The notes: a model not told the origin generated them from the sequence alone. 64,000 bases of DNA from Minisyncoccota bacterium (GCA_035627595.1 DASPLK010000002.1:160481-224480); one strand, 5' to 3'. Counted from the stretch's first letter, positions 48,458 to 59,121 are shown. Program-made: numbers and translations.

Positions 48458-50002
48458 TTAGGAACGCTCCACGAACTGCGTGAGCTTGCCGCGGAGAGTT
48501 TCTATAGTCTCGTCTGAGAGATCGCGACTTTCGCGAATGGCCTTAAGTTCGTCCTGCGCCTCGCGAAGAAGGAACTCCTGAAGGCGGCTTTCTGCCTTTG
48601 CGGTATCTTCCGGCGGGAACGTGTCGAAGAAGCCGTTAGTTGCAGCGTAGATGACTGCTGCTTCCATCTCAAACGCAAGCGGCTTGCCGTTAGGCTGCTT
48701 CAGGGTCTCTGTGAGACGGCGACCCGAATCAATCTGACGCTTGGTGTTCTCATCAAGATCGGAAGCAAACTGCATGAAGGCCTCAAGTTCGCGGAACTGC
48801 GCAAGTTCAAGCTTTATCTTTCCAGAGACTTTCTTCATTGCCTTGGTCTGAGCTGCAGAACCCACGCGGGAGACTGAGACGCCCACGTTGATTGCCGGAC
48901 GAAGTCCCTTGTTGAAGAGGTCGGTCTCAAGGAAGATCTGGCCGTCCGTGATGGAAATCACGTTGGTCGGAATGTATGCAGAGATGTCGTTCTCCTGCGT
49001 CTCAATAATCGGGAGTGCAGTTATCGAACCGCCACCCTTTTCCTTGGAGAGCTTCGCAGAACGCTCAAGAAGACGCGAGTGCAAGTAGAAGATGTCACCC
49101 GGGTATGCCTCGCGGCCTGGCGGGCGGCGAAGGAGAAGAGACATCTGACGGTATGCAACCGCCTGCTTGGAGAGATCATCATAAATGATGAGCACGTCCT
49201 TACCCTTCTCCATGAAGTACTCAGCGATAGAGACTCCCGCAAACGGCGCAAGAAACTGGAAGGCTGCTGGGTTAGAAGCCGGTGCAGTAACGACAATGGA
49301 ATATTCCATCGCGCCCTTCTCAAAGAGCTCCGCGACAATGCGCGCTGTCTTGGATTCCTTCTGCCCGATGGCAACGTACACGCAGATAGGCCGAGTGGAC
49401 GGGTCCTCGGACTTCTGGTTCAGGATGGTGTCGATAGCAATAGTAGTCTTTCCGGTGCCACGGTCGCCAATGATGAGCTGGCGCTGACCGCGACCAATTG
49501 GAGTCATGGCATCAATTGCTTTGATACCCGTATGAATCGGAGTATTCACAGGAGAGCGGTCAATAACACCGTACGCCTCACGCTCGATAGGACGCTCGGT
49601 AGTATCGGCGACTGGACCCTTGCCATCTACGGGCGCGCCGAGTGGATTTACGACACGGCCGATGAGGTTTTCTCCTACCGGAATCGAGAGAAGGCGGCCG
49701 AGCCTACGGACGAGCATGCCCTCATACACTTTGGACGCATCGCCAAGAATTGCAGCGCGCACGCCGTCTTCCTCGAGGTTGAGGATGAGGCCGTATGTAA
49801 CGTCCGCATCCTTGAGCGCGTCTTCGAGAGCTCGGTCAAAGGTCGGGTCGAACATGACCATCTCGGCCATGACCGCCTTCTCTAGGCCGTCTATCTCTGC
49901 GATACCGTCACCGGTCGCGCGCACGACGCCCGTTTCCTCCTGGCCCTTGATCGGAGAGAACGAGGCAATTTCTGCTTCAATTCGCTTAATAATGCTGTCC
50001 AT
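48458..50002 (-). CDS. atpA: ATP synthase alpha
   Basis: [33 protein letters not shown]; start trimmed to 50002. Confidence 0.98.
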   Translation of the reverse strand: MDSIIKRIEAEIASFSPIKGQEETGVVRATGDGIAEIDGLEKAVMAEMVMFDPTFDRALEDALKDADVTYGLILNLEEDGVRAAILGDASKVYEGMLVRRLGRLLSIPVGENLIGRVVNPLGAPVDGKGPVADTTERPIEREAYGVIDRSPVNTPIHTGIKAIDAMTPIGRGQRQLIIGDRGTGKTTIAIDTILNQKSEDPSTRPICVYVAIGQKESKTARIVAELFEKGAMEYSIVVTAPASNPAAFQFLAPFAGVSIAEYFMEKGKDVLIIYDDLSKQAVAYRQMSLLLRRPPGREAYPGDIFYLHSRLLERSAKLSKEKGGGSITALPIIETQENDISAYIPTNVISITDGQIFLETDLFNKGLRPAINVGVSVSRVGSAAQTKAMKKVSGKIKLELAQFRELEAFMQFASDLDENTKRQIDSGRRLTETLKQPNGKPLAFEMEAAVIYAATNGFFDTFPPEDTAKAESRLQEFLLREAQDELKAIRESRDLSDETIETLRGKLTQFVERS

Positions 50003-50015
50003 AGGTGCTTCTAAG

Positions 50016-50381
50016 TTATGACGTAATGCGTCGGTAGATATCGACGAGCGCTCTCTTGCCGGATCGGTCGATGAGGCGTCCTCCCTCACGCGCCCGCCAG
50101 CCACTGATAAGGTTCGGGTTTACAGTTACCTCTGTGGCGTCGATGCCCTCTGCACGAGCTTCAGTAAGCGCTGTAGCCTTGTCTGCTTCAAGCGCAACTT
50201 CAACCGTTGCGCCAAGAGTTTTCGTACGCGCCTGTAACGCCTTCAACTCCCGTACAATCGCAGGAAGGAGCTTTGTGCGTCCCTCTGCTTTCAGATGCGT
50301 AAGGAGCCAAGAGACGAGCTCATCCTCCTTCTTGCCGTTCTGAAGTGCGTTATTGAGTGCCTGTGCGTACGTTTTCTCCAT
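50016..50381 (-). CDS. atpH: ATP synthase delta (short)
   Basis: [17 protein letters not shown]; between atpF and atpA. Confidence 0.85.
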   Translation of the reverse strand: MEKTYAQALNNALQNGKKEDELVSWLLTHLKAEGRTKLLPAIVRELKALQARTKTLGATVEVALEADKATALTEARAEGIDATEVTVNPNLISGWRAREGGRLIDRSGKRALVDIYRRITS

Positions 50382-50386
50382 ACAGG

Positions 50387-50833
50387 TTATGCCTTCTCAC
50401 GTACGACCTTCTCAGCCGCAAGGACTGCAAGGCGTGCGATTTCTCTTTCGCTCTCGCGAAGCGCCTTCACTGCCGCCTCTTTGGCGCGTGCGTCCGCGTC
50501 AGCTGCTACTGCTGCTGCGCGTGCCTCCGCCTCCTTAAGAATGCGTGTTTTCTCGCTGTTTGCGGTATCGCGCGCTCCCAAGACGATACCCTCGGCCTCT
50601 GCTTCTGCGGTGTGGAGCTTTGCTGAAACTTCACTGTCCGCACCTGCAAGCTTCTCGGCTGCAGCTTCCGCGTCGAGTACGCCTTTAGCGACTTTCTCCT
50701 TACGCTCATCAAGCGTCTTCAAGACTGGCTTGTATAGAAGATAGGTAAGCGCAACGAACAAGACGCCGAAGTTCACCGCCTGAGCGATGAGCAGCTTCCA
50801 GTCGATGCCGAACGCTTCGAAGAGTTGTTCCAT
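50387..50833 (-). CDS. atpF: ATP synthase b
   Basis: AQAVNFGVL...LYKPV...LDERK, coiled coil. Confidence 0.95.
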   Translation of the reverse strand: MEQLFEAFGIDWKLLIAQAVNFGVLFVALTYLLYKPVLKTLDERKEKVAKGVLDAEAAAEKLAGADSEVSAKLHTAEAEAEGIVLGARDTANSEKTRILKEAEARAAAVAADADARAKEAAVKALRESEREIARLAVLAAEKVVREKA

Positions 50834-50876
50834 AGATTTCTAAGTAGTGGTTGGCAATGGGGTTACCCCCGTATGC

Positions 50877-51125
<249 letters not shown>

Positions 51126-51162
51126 CTAACGGCCCATCCTGGAGCCGCACCGGAGTATGAGC

Positions 51163-51984
51163 CTAGTGGCTCTCACTCCCGTGCGGTTCCATGATTGCCA
51201 ACTTGATAAAGAAGAGCGTGAGCATCGCAAACACGACTGCTTGGATGAAGCCCACGAACACCTCAAAGCCCATCAACGGGACCGGCAAGAGGTACGGCAC
51301 GAAGAACGCGACCACCACAAGCATTACCTCGCCAGCAAACACGTTACCGAAGAGACGGAACGAGAATGAGATGAGGCGACCAAGGTTTGAAACGAGCTCA
51401 ATAAGTCCCACCGCAAAATTGACCGGTGACGAGAAATTAATGTACTTGCTTGCGTATGAAAAGAATCCGAGCTGCCGAAGACCGGTGATCTCAATGGTTA
51501 GGAAAGAAATGAACGCCAATGCAAGCGTCATGTTGAGATCTGCAGCAGGCGCCCTAAGAAACGGGATGAGTCCCCCGTGTCCGTTATCAAGTCCGACCGT
51601 ACCGACGCCAGGAAGAAACGCGAGCTCATTAGCAACAAGAATAAAAAGAAAAATGGTCATGATGAGCGGGAAGAAGCGACGTGCCATCTTCTCGTCCTCC
51701 AAGATCTCGGTCATGTAGCCAATCACGCCCTCGAACACCCATTCCACTCCCGCCTGGATCTTGCCTGGGATGAGGGAAAGCTTTGCGCGAAGGGCTGCCG
51801 CAAGCGCAATGATGAGCGCGACAGTGATCCACGTCATCAAAAGTGAGTTCGTAATAGGAAAGCCACCGACGTTCCAGAGCTCCTCAGCCTTGAGAACCAC
51901 GTGGATAGGGCTAGCCGCCTCTTCAGATGCGTGGAGGGCATCCTCGCCGTGTGATTCCTCTGCTGCAAAAGCGGTGTATGCCAT
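51163..51984 (-). CDS. atpB: ATP synthase a
   Basis: SFSFRLFGNVFAGE, FIQAVVFAMLT. Confidence 0.97.
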   Translation of the reverse strand: MAYTAFAAEESHGEDALHASEEAASPIHVVLKAEELWNVGGFPITNSLLMTWITVALIIALAAALRAKLSLIPGKIQAGVEWVFEGVIGYMTEILEDEKMARRFFPLIMTIFLFILVANELAFLPGVGTVGLDNGHGGLIPFLRAPAADLNMTLALAFISFLTIEITGLRQLGFFSYASKYINFSSPVNFAVGLIELVSNLGRLISFSFRLFGNVFAGEVMLVVVAFFVPYLLPVPLMGFEVFVGFIQAVVFAMLTLFFIKLAIMEPHGSESH

Positions 51985-51996
51985 ACAGTATGAAAA

Positions 51997-52059
51997 CTAG
52001 CGCGTTACGCGCTCGGATATACGTGCAAAAAGACCCCGCTGGGCCGATACCCTCTTCAT
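51997..52059 (-). CDS. Candidate 20-aa leader peptide of atp operon
   Basis: TACACT-6nt-ATG; MKRVSAQRGLFARISERVTR; stop within a hairpin followed by U-run. Confidence 0.4.
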   Translation of the reverse strand: MKRVSAQRGLFARISERVTR

Positions 52060-52101
52060 GAGAGTAGTGTACCAATTAGCTGGGTACTACGCAAAATGTG
52101 G

Positions 52102-52132
52102 AAACGGCGTCCAGGAATGGTCCTGAACGCCG
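52102..52132 (-). terminator. Terminator of the 52143-52454 gene
   Basis: cggcgttcagga/tcctggacgccg on minus strand followed by ttt. Confidence 0.75.
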
Positions 52133-52142
52133 CTTTACTATG

Positions 52143-52454
52143 TTAGCCACTCTTCTTGCGCAGTTTGACCTGGGAGGGGTCGTACGCGGGCGGCGGAATG
52201 CCTTTACGCCGAGGAGGAAAGCGCTTGCTCACGAGCCGCAGAGTGCCTTGAGGTTCAATGGATACGATCTTACAGATCGCTCCGTTGAGCGGGTCTGAAT
52301 CTTCCAGGACAAGTTCTACCGAGTCGTCCACACCGAGATTCTTCTCCCGAATGATCCGCTTGCGCTCAGCGATCTCTCGCTCGCGTTGCTGCAATCCTTT
52401 TTGCCCTTGAGCGGCGTGATTCCCTGGTATTCCCCCGAACTTTCGAGTTGTCAT
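52143..52454 (-). CDS. Orphan basic protein, possible SH3/KOW-like barrel
   Basis: LGVDDSVELV...GAICKIVSI...LRL; AAGGGG SD-like; TTGAAG-17-CATAGT. Confidence 0.65.
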   Translation of the reverse strand: MTTRKFGGIPGNHAAQGQKGLQQREREIAERKRIIREKNLGVDDSVELVLEDSDPLNGAICKIVSIEPQGTLRLVSKRFPPRRKGIPPPAYDPSQVKLRKKSG

Positions 52455-52498
52455 CAGCTTCCCCTTGTCTGTACAAAGCCAGACATCACTATGCCACG

Positions 52499-52987
52499 TT
52501 ATTTGCCTTTCTTCAAGGCTTCAAGGTCGGCAAGGATTCGGCGTACGTCAGCCGTGAGGCGGTCGAGCGAGTCGGCATGCGCCTGCTCCCTACGCTCGTC
52601 TTCTTTATCTTCCTCACTCATCTCCTCGACATCTTCCTGAATACCCTCGATATCCTCACTCATCTCTTCGATGTCTTCCTGAATATCTTCAAGATCTTCA
52701 CCGAGCTCCTCGACATCTTCTTGAATGTCTTCAATGTCCTCCTCAACTTCGCGGAGACTCTTCGTGTTCTCATTAACCGTCATCTGAATGAAGAGCGCCA
52801 AATAGATTGCCTCAAGAGATACCACCGTAGTAAGGATAAGCAACATGGAGTCCAGGGTAAGGACGCCGAGATAGGCAGTAAGGAAAAAACCTGCAAAAAC
52901 AAAGGTGTGGATGACAAGCGACGCAGTGGAACCCATCGCGTCGATGACGCGTTCGATGACTTTGACCTTACGATCGCGTTGCTTCAT
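52499..52987 (-). CDS. DUF1003-type membrane protein with acidic coiled coil
   Basis: MGS..SLVIHT, LTTVVSLEAIYLALFIQM. Confidence 0.85.
   Translation of the reverse strand: MKQRDRKVKVIERVIDAMGSTASLVIHTFVFAGFFLTAYLGVLTLDSMLLILTTVVSLEAIYLALFIQMTVNENTKSLREVEEDIEDIQEDVEELGEDLEDIQEDIEEMSEDIEGIQEDVEEMSEEDKEDERREQAHADSLDRLTADVRRILADLEALKKGK
52611..52747 (-). repeat. Degenerate 21-nt coding tandem repeat
   Basis: IEDIQED VEELGED LEDIQED IEEMSED IEGIQED VEEMSEE. Confidence 0.8.
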
Positions 52988-53089
52988 ACCATGACCCTAC
53001 CACTTGCCCACTGCAACTGTCCACAAAACACTGTGCTTTCCCACGTGCATGCGGCTGATTTTATTTGCTAGAAACGGTAGAATAGGGAC

Positions 53090-54124
53090 ATGGCGGTTAC
53101 ACCGCGAGGCTTCATACCTCGTCCACGATCCAAAAGGCGCGTTCCCTACACGCGCCATCTTGTCGCGCTCGGCATCGCTCTGTTTGTAGCGGTCGGATTC
53201 TTTTCCATACCTTCCATCCTTGCAAATGATATTAGGCATCAGCTTGAGGCTCCTGCAGAGGCGCCGTTTCCAATAACGGTCGATCCTGAGCGTAAGCTCA
53301 TCGTTGTAGATCCAGAGATCGAAGCCATGCTCGAAGAAGAGCCTACATCCCTCATTGCCTCCGTAGGCACACTCGACTGGGCGTTTGAGATGCTCGCAAA
53401 GGCAATTACCGATGTTCCCGGATACGGGCTTATCGCAGGCGCTGACCAAAAATTTGTCACCATATACCCAGGCTACAGAAAAGAGGAGGTTGCGCGTGCG
53501 TTTGGTGGAGCGCTTGGCTGGAGCCAGAAAGAACGCGCCGCGTTCCTAAAGGATGTCACTACTTCACCGCCTGTGCTTGAAGAAGGACAGTTCCAGGCGG
53601 GAACCTATGCTGTCTCTTCCGCCATGACGCCTGAGGAGGTCCATATGGCCGTCTATGACCGATTCTCTAAGGAGATACTTGAGCGGTACAGTACGACAAC
53701 CGCATCACAAGTTCCCTTGCGTGATGCGCTCATCATCGCATCTCTTATCGAGCGTGAGGCAGGAGGCTGGCACGACATGCGCGATATATCCGGCATCATT
53801 TGGAATCGAATATTTGCCGGCATGAACCTGCAAATTGATGCTACGTTGCAATACGCAAAGGCAGATGGTGCAAAAGGTAGCTGGTGGCCTAAGCCCGTCC
53901 CAGACGACAAGTACATCAAGTCGAGGTTCAACACCTATAGATACAACGGCCTACCGCCAGCGCCCATCGCAAACCCTTCGGTCGCAGCAGTTGTAGCAGC
54001 ACTAAATCCTAAGAAAACTGACTGTCTCTTCTACTTCCATGACAGTCGCGGTCGTTTCCACTGCTCAGAGGATTACGAAGGCCACGTTGCGCTTCTGAAG
54101 AAGCACTACGGGCGCGGAAAATAA
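53090..54124 (+). CDS. mltG: Endolytic transglycosylase MltG, copy 2 (divergent)
   Basis: IASLIERE, MNLQIDATLQY, FNTY.YNGLPPAPIANP. Confidence 0.88.
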   Translation: MAVTPRGFIPRPRSKRRVPYTRHLVALGIALFVAVGFFSIPSILANDIRHQLEAPAEAPFPITVDPERKLIVVDPEIEAMLEEEPTSLIASVGTLDWAFEMLAKAITDVPGYGLIAGADQKFVTIYPGYRKEEVARAFGGALGWSQKERAAFLKDVTTSPPVLEEGQFQAGTYAVSSAMTPEEVHMAVYDRFSKEILERYSTTTASQVPLRDALIIASLIEREAGGWHDMRDISGIIWNRIFAGMNLQIDATLQYAKADGAKGSWWPKPVPDDKYIKSRFNTYRYNGLPPAPIANPSVAAVVAALNPKKTDCLFYFHDSRGRFHCSEDYEGHVALLKKHYGRGK

Positions 54125-54129
54125 TAGGG

Positions 54130-54200
54130 TCGGGCTGCCGGGAATCGAACCCGGTCTACATCCACCCCATGGACGCGTACTACCGGTATACTACAGCCCG
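54130..54200 (-). tRNA. tRNA-Pro(GGG)
   Basis: cgggctg/cagcccg acceptor with A73, loop atGGGgt, T-loop ttcgatt. Confidence 0.92.
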
Positions 54201-54244
54201 CACAGTTTCGAGCTTACCGCTCGGAGATGCTAGTTGCAACGAGG

Positions 54245-54823
54245 CTAGCCGTAAATGCGCCTCCGTAACTCTTCCTTCTTCTCCAGGTCATACTGCGCCC
54301 GAATAAGCTCGGGAAGTATCTCTAGGTTCTGGAAGCGCGGGTCGTCAGCTAGTGCAATAAACTCATCGAACGATATCTCATGCGGAGTGATGCGCTCACC
54401 GGGAGAGTCATCAGGTTCAGCAACTTTCGTAAGGCCGCGGCCAATAAACGCATAAATCACCCAATCAATCTTACTGAATCCATTAGTTGCCTTCCATAGC
54501 GTAAGATCGCCGCCGCCAAGACCTGTTTCTTCTCTAAGCTCACGGCGCACTCCTTCCTCCGGCTCTTCTCCTGGATCTAATTGCCCGCCTGGGAATGTGA
54601 TGACGGCTTCGCGACCTGGTTGTGCGTCCTCAACGATGAGGATATTCCCATTCTCAAGGACGGGTATGACGAATCCTGAGTCATTGCGTTTAAGTTTTTC
54701 AAATGTCCTTGCAGTTCCATCAAATAGCTCCTGTTTCCATTGATACACATCAAAAATAATTCCGGAGAATACTTTTGTCGCATTCTCCGGAAGTGGCTGC
54801 CTTCCTTTGGGTCGCTCTATCAT
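54245..54823 (-). CDS. NUDIX hydrolase (ADP-ribose pyrophosphatase-like)
   Basis: FPGGQLDPGEEPEEGVRRELREETG. Confidence 0.92.
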   Translation of the reverse strand: MIERPKGRQPLPENATKVFSGIIFDVYQWKQELFDGTARTFEKLKRNDSGFVIPVLENGNILIVEDAQPGREAVITFPGGQLDPGEEPEEGVRRELREETGLGGGDLTLWKATNGFSKIDWVIYAFIGRGLTKVAEPDDSPGERITPHEISFDEFIALADDPRFQNLEILPELIRAQYDLEKKEELRRRIYG

Positions 54824-54875
54824 AGGGCTAGCGTAGCATTCTGTATGGCTATTTGGTATTGTGCATACGTTCTCC

Positions 54876-54952
54876 GGGCGACTAGCTCAGTTGGTTAGAG
54901 CGTTCGCTTCACACGCGAAAGGTCACAGGTTCGAATCCTGTGTCGCCCACCA
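54876..54952 (+). tRNA. tRNA-Val(CAC)
   Basis: Cloverleaf, ttcgc-ttCACac-gcgaa, encoded CCA. Confidence 0.95.
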
Positions 54953-54978
54953 TCCTGGGCAGTCGCTCGGGAGAAAAA

Positions 54979-55052
54979 CGGGATGTGGTATAGTGGTATT
55001 ACGTACGCTTCGGGTGCGTATAACTCGAGTTCGATTCTCGGCATCCCGACCA
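54979..55052 (+). tRNA. tRNA-Pro(CGG)
   Basis: cgggatg/catcccg, tacgc-ttCGGgt-gcgta, encoded CCA. Confidence 0.94.
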
Positions 55053-55056
55053 ATAT

Positions 55057-55088
55057 AGAACAGCGGCCCCATGCGGGGCCGCTGTTCT
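55057..55088. terminator. Bidirectional terminator
   Basis: 14-bp stem agaacagcggcccc/ggggccgctgttct. Confidence 0.85.
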
Positions 55089-55091
55089 TCT

Positions 55092-55658
55092 TTACCTTCT
55101 GTGAATGACGAGTGGCGCTACACTGTCGTCTCTTACGCCTTCTTGGTATTCCAGGGACACTAAATGTGCGGGACGTCCAAACATCTGCACAATAAAAGTA
55201 GTCGGTCGACCCTTGTATGTTCCAGTTGCAGTTGCAATCCCAATCTCTGTAAACTTAGCATTCAATACGTTTGCGCGATGTGAGTCTGAATTTAACCATG
55301 CATCAATAACCTCCTCAGATTCAGTGAAGTTAATTGCGAGGTTCTCTCCAGCATATGAGTACTCGTATCCAGCATCGCGTACCCATACCCAGAATGGCTC
55401 TCCGTCAGGTGTTGCATGTGAGAAGTACCCACGTGCTGCCATATCGCTCGCCTTAGCCTGCGCTGCGGCTGTTAGAGAGGCGTTCTCGGCAAGTCCGTAC
55501 AGCTCCTTTTCGCCCCGACTTTCATTTGTGAGAGAAAATAGCGTTGCTGTTACTACAGCTGCTGTCTGGCGCATATATGAGGTAACACTATCGCCTGTAA
55601 CTACTATCGTTACAGCAATTGCGAGTGCCACTCCTAAGCCTAGTAAGGCCTTATACAT
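55092..55658 (-). CDS. CAP/SCP domain secreted protein
   Basis: AAQAKASDM..RGYFSH, AGENLA, WLNSDSHRANVL, EIGIA. Confidence 0.93.
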   Translation of the reverse strand: MYKALLGLGVALAIAVTIVVTGDSVTSYMRQTAAVVTATLFSLTNESRGEKELYGLAENASLTAAAQAKASDMAARGYFSHATPDGEPFWVWVRDAGYEYSYAGENLAINFTESEEVIDAWLNSDSHRANVLNAKFTEIGIATATGTYKGRPTTFIVQMFGRPAHLVSLEYQEGVRDDSVAPLVIHRR

Positions 55659-55691
55659 ATTTGTATTATACTATAATTTTCCATTGTGTCT

Positions 55692-55727
55692 ATGACAAAG
55701 GCGCCCAGCAGTGGGCGCCTTTGTCAT
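55692..55727 (-). terminator. Intrinsic terminator
   Basis: 16-bp stem atgacaaaggcgccca/tgggcgcctttgtcat. Confidence 0.82.
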
Positions 55728-55748
55728 TTGCACATCTTCCCTTTGTCT

Positions 55749-57920
55749 TTACTTAAGAGACTGAAGGATTAGGAGCATCTGCTGAAGCTGCGCGATCATC
55801 GTCGTGAGCGTTGCCGCATCGGATGTGGATGTGGGCATAGTACTTGCGTTGAGTGCCGCGCGCGTAAGCGGGCCAACATACCCTGTAGCCGGGATGCCGT
55901 TAGCTGCTTGGTAAAGCTTTACAGCCTCCTGGGTGAGCGGACCGAAGTAACCAGTTGGTGCAGCAATCTTCAGGTATCCAGATGCGATGAGGATAGTCTG
56001 GAGTTCAGTAACGTCCTGTCCGGTTGCGCCGATCGTAAGGTCAGCCGCAAAGTTGTAGGTCGCCGCACCGAGCACCTCACCTTCACCTGCATCTGTCACC
56101 TCACCTGCCTCATCTGCTACCTCATCGTCAGACTCGTCATCGTTGTTGTTTCGACGAGAGCCTCCACCACCGCCTCCGTTACTTTCTGCCTCTTGAAGGG
56201 TGTAGCTCCTACCTGTGCGAGGAGTACCGTTGTCATCCCATACAACCTCCGTACTTTCGTACTGGCTGTTCGTATCGAGAACCGTAACGTTTGCAAGGGC
56301 GATATCATCGACCCAGATGTGATGTATACCATCCGCTTCAGCGTGAGCGCTGGTGCCGTTTACCGTTAGGCTAGCATCGGTCGTAACGCCTGAGCCCTGG
56401 TCAACATTTATTGCGTGCCATGCGCTATTGGATGTCGTGATATCTGTGACTGTAACAATTGAGCCGTTCACGTTTACACCAGTGTTAACGTTATTTGTCT
56501 CAATATTGGCAAGAGTTATGCCAGTAACAACATAGGTGTTGATACCATGCAGGTTGTTTGATGTCGTCACGCCATCAACCGTAAGACTGTTAATGGTTAC
56601 ATCCGAAGCAGTAATAAGAACAACGCTGTTGTTACCTGATGAGGTCTTTACGAAGTCACCCGTGATTGTACGTCCATTACCCTCGATCGTAACAGAACGA
56701 TTAATAGCGACTGCTTCACTAGTCGTTATATCTCCACCAATTGTGATGGTACCAATGGCACTATTCAGAAGCGCAGAAGAGAGCTCCTCTTCGCTATCCA
56801 CCGTGCTCTGGAAGTACGCAACTGCGGGAGCGCTATCAACGCGTGTGTACTGTTCAAGAGAACCAGTAACTGAGCCGGATTCACTATCATCAATGTATAT
56901 AGCCGGACCAGACTCTAGATGAGAGCTGGTGCCTGTGACAGTGAGGATGGCTGGGGTGGTGACACCTGAGCCCTGATCCACGTTGATACCATGCCATGTA
57001 TTACCCGAAGTAGTCACATTCTCGACTGTAACCGTAGCCCCATTCACCATAAGACCAGACTTGCCTGCATTCATGGAGGTAACATTTCTGAGTACCACAT
57101 CTTCAGCCACGTATACCTGGATGCCCTGAATGCCTGCGCTTCCCTTGGCAACCTTACCTGCGGCATCAACGGTCAGATCAGTAACAGTGACGCTGTCACC
57201 GGTGATAAGGAGCGCGGTGCCAGTAATGCTGTCATTGACCGAAACGGTATGACCCGCACCGTCAATTGTTACCGGGCGACTTACATCAATCGTCGCGCCA
57301 ATAACGAAGTCGCTATCTAACGTGATATCGGTAATAGTTTCGTCTGCAAGTGCTGCATTAAGCTCCGCTTCACTTGAAACGTATGCTGCAGTTTGCTCCT
57401 CAACTGTGAGCGTGGTCTGGCCAGACGCCACAACTGCAGAGCTATTATCGACGTCTACAACGCTGTAATTAAGTGCGTATGTTCCAGGCGCATCAGCGAT
57501 CGCGACGACAGTCACACTGCCGTTGTAATCAGCTGTTATTGGGAATCCTTCTGTTGGACCCCAGCCAATAATTGCCGTGTCGTACCACTTATCGCTAGCG
57601 GCCTCATGTATCCAGAGCTGTACTGTTCCGGATCCGCCAGTTACGGCAGTTGGCGCAATGCGGACATGAGGTAGACCTGCACCTATACCATCACCTTGGA
57701 GAGTCATCTCGATGCTGTTCTCAGATGATGCGACTGCAGCAACATCGCTAGATGAATCTGCAACACCATTAGTGTGCGCAATGAGACTGGACTCGGTTAT
57801 AGTCACAGAACTTGGAGCAACGATATTATAGTTTGCTGCTAGTGCAGCTATTGGCATCAGTGAAATGGCTGTACCGAAGGCGACCAGCGCAACTGAAAGA
57901 CGGTTAACATACTTTTTCAT
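55749..57920 (-). CDS. Surface protein with two beta-helix repeats and C-terminal peptidoglycan-binding domain
   Basis: Signal peptide; duplicated ~200-aa unit (SE.EL..AL, R.VTI.G.G, WH.INVDQGSGVTT); DVTELQ..L, TGYFGPLT..AV..YQ, GYVGPLTRAALN. Confidence 0.9.
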   Translation of the reverse strand: MKKYVNRLSVALVAFGTAISLMPIAALAANYNIVAPSSVTITESSLIAHTNGVADSSSDVAAVASSENSIEMTLQGDGIGAGLPHVRIAPTAVTGGSGTVQLWIHEAASDKWYDTAIIGWGPTEGFPITADYNGSVTVVAIADAPGTYALNYSVVDVDNSSAVVASGQTTLTVEEQTAAYVSSEAELNAALADETITDITLDSDFVIGATIDVSRPVTIDGAGHTVSVNDSITGTALLITGDSVTVTDLTVDAAGKVAKGSAGIQGIQVYVAEDVVLRNVTSMNAGKSGLMVNGATVTVENVTTSGNTWHGINVDQGSGVTTPAILTVTGTSSHLESGPAIYIDDSESGSVTGSLEQYTRVDSAPAVAYFQSTVDSEEELSSALLNSAIGTITIGGDITTSEAVAINRSVTIEGNGRTITGDFVKTSSGNNSVVLITASDVTINSLTVDGVTTSNNLHGINTYVVTGITLANIETNNVNTGVNVNGSIVTVTDITTSNSAWHAINVDQGSGVTTDASLTVNGTSAHAEADGIHHIWVDDIALANVTVLDTNSQYESTEVVWDDNGTPRTGRSYTLQEAESNGGGGGGSRRNNNDDESDDEVADEAGEVTDAGEGEVLGAATYNFAADLTIGATGQDVTELQTILIASGYLKIAAPTGYFGPLTQEAVKLYQAANGIPATGYVGPLTRAALNASTMPTSTSDAATLTTMIAQLQQMLLILQSLK

Positions 57921-58025
57921 AAGTATTCAGATGATTATGTAAGCGCCCACAGGCCTTGACCTGCTTTATCTCTGTACCCTAACTATTGCTGACTATGTTC
58001 CTTTGCACAATTTTGTCAACGTGGC

Positions 58026-58034
58026 TTATCCACA
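58026..58034 (+). promoter_or_regulatory. Perfect DnaA-box sequence next to the surface-protein promoter
   Basis: TTATCCACA, just upstream of a minus-strand TTGACA-16-CATAGT. Confidence 0.4.
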
Positions 58035-58122
58035 GAGGCACTAAAATTGAACATTGCCCAGCTATCTGCCTAATAAATAGGCCCTTGTGCACGGAGGCGG
58101 TTAGCTACGTTTAAATCTTTCC

Positions 58123-58608
58123 TTAGGGACAAAGTGCCACCCCTGTCGTATAGAGCACGGTATAGCCTGTATCAGAAAATGGGTGCGTAAATGGTTTAGA
58201 CTGCCCTGAACTATCAACGCACCAGCCGGTTTCTCCTGTTCCTGGCGCCTTTAAAGGCATAGCAAACGCCCAACTCGGTCCAGAAGTTCTGATGGCGCAG
58301 TACACACGGCCCGTACCAAGCTTCTGATACGCGCTAAGCACAAATCTTCCGACACTATCGCTACTGAAAATATTTGTCGTCTGGCTGCTGCAGGCAAGGT
58401 GATCATTGTTGGCGAACTGATTGCCATAGCTATTATTGGAGTCGTAGTAGAGCTCTGCGATCGTGCGCATATTAGCGAGCTCTGATTTGATAGCCGCGTC
58501 AGTTCCTTTGGCGCGAGCACTATTAAGAGAGACTAGTACCACCGCAGAGAGGATGCCTATGATCGCGATGACGACAAGTAATTCGATGAGCGTGAATCCT
58601 CGTTTCAT
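58123..58608 (-). CDS. Type IV pilin-like protein
   Basis: Class III signal MKRG|[16 protein letters not shown]; C-terminal WCVDS..G and Cys pairs. Confidence 0.93.
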   Translation of the reverse strand: MKRGFTLIELLVVIAIIGILSAVVLVSLNSARAKGTDAAIKSELANMRTIAELYYDSNNSYGNQFANNDHLACSSQTTNIFSSDSVGRFVLSAYQKLGTGRVYCAIRTSGPSWAFAMPLKAPGTGETGWCVDSSGQSKPFTHPFSDTGYTVLYTTGVALCP

Positions 58609-58642
58609 CCATTCACCCTATCACACGGATCAACCTCCTAAT

Positions 58643-59086
58643 TCACACGTGATGATACTTTCCTCCGGTTCGTATGGACCACGCACGGTACAACTGCTCA
58701 ATTAGGATGAGCCTGACAAGCATGTGAGGAAATACAAGTGATGAAAGTTTCAACGTTCTGTCTGCGCGAGCAATAACCGCGTCTGATACGCCGAACGCCC
58801 CACCTATGACGAAGACAAGCCGCTTCGTGCTTACGTTCAAATTGCCTTCTAGCAGTTCTGCCAAGCCGGGACTGTTTATCTCCTTTCCACGCTCGTCCAG
58901 AAGAACAACGACATCGTCTGTCTTGATGAGCTTTAGAATTGCTACACTCTCACCATCCTTGTCACTTATCGATGGGAACGCCCACTCGACAGGCAGCGCG
59001 CTTCTGAGTCGTGTCTCATACTCTGCAATCGCATCACGAAGTTCTGGGCTGTGCGCTTTGCCGGGGGATATGATGAGTATCTTCAT
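58643..59086 (-). CDS. rlmH: 23S rRNA pseudouridine-1915 methyltransferase
   Basis: LDERGK, FVIGGAFG, LS.LVFPHMLVRLILIEQLYRA, KYHH. Confidence 0.96.
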   Translation of the reverse strand: MKILIISPGKAHSPELRDAIAEYETRLRSALPVEWAFPSISDKDGESVAILKLIKTDDVVVLLDERGKEINSPGLAELLEGNLNVSTKRLVFVIGGAFGVSDAVIARADRTLKLSSLVFPHMLVRLILIEQLYRAWSIRTGGKYHHV

Positions 59087-59121
59087 GTAGGACGAAAGCC
59101 CCTTGCAGGGGCTTTGCTCGG

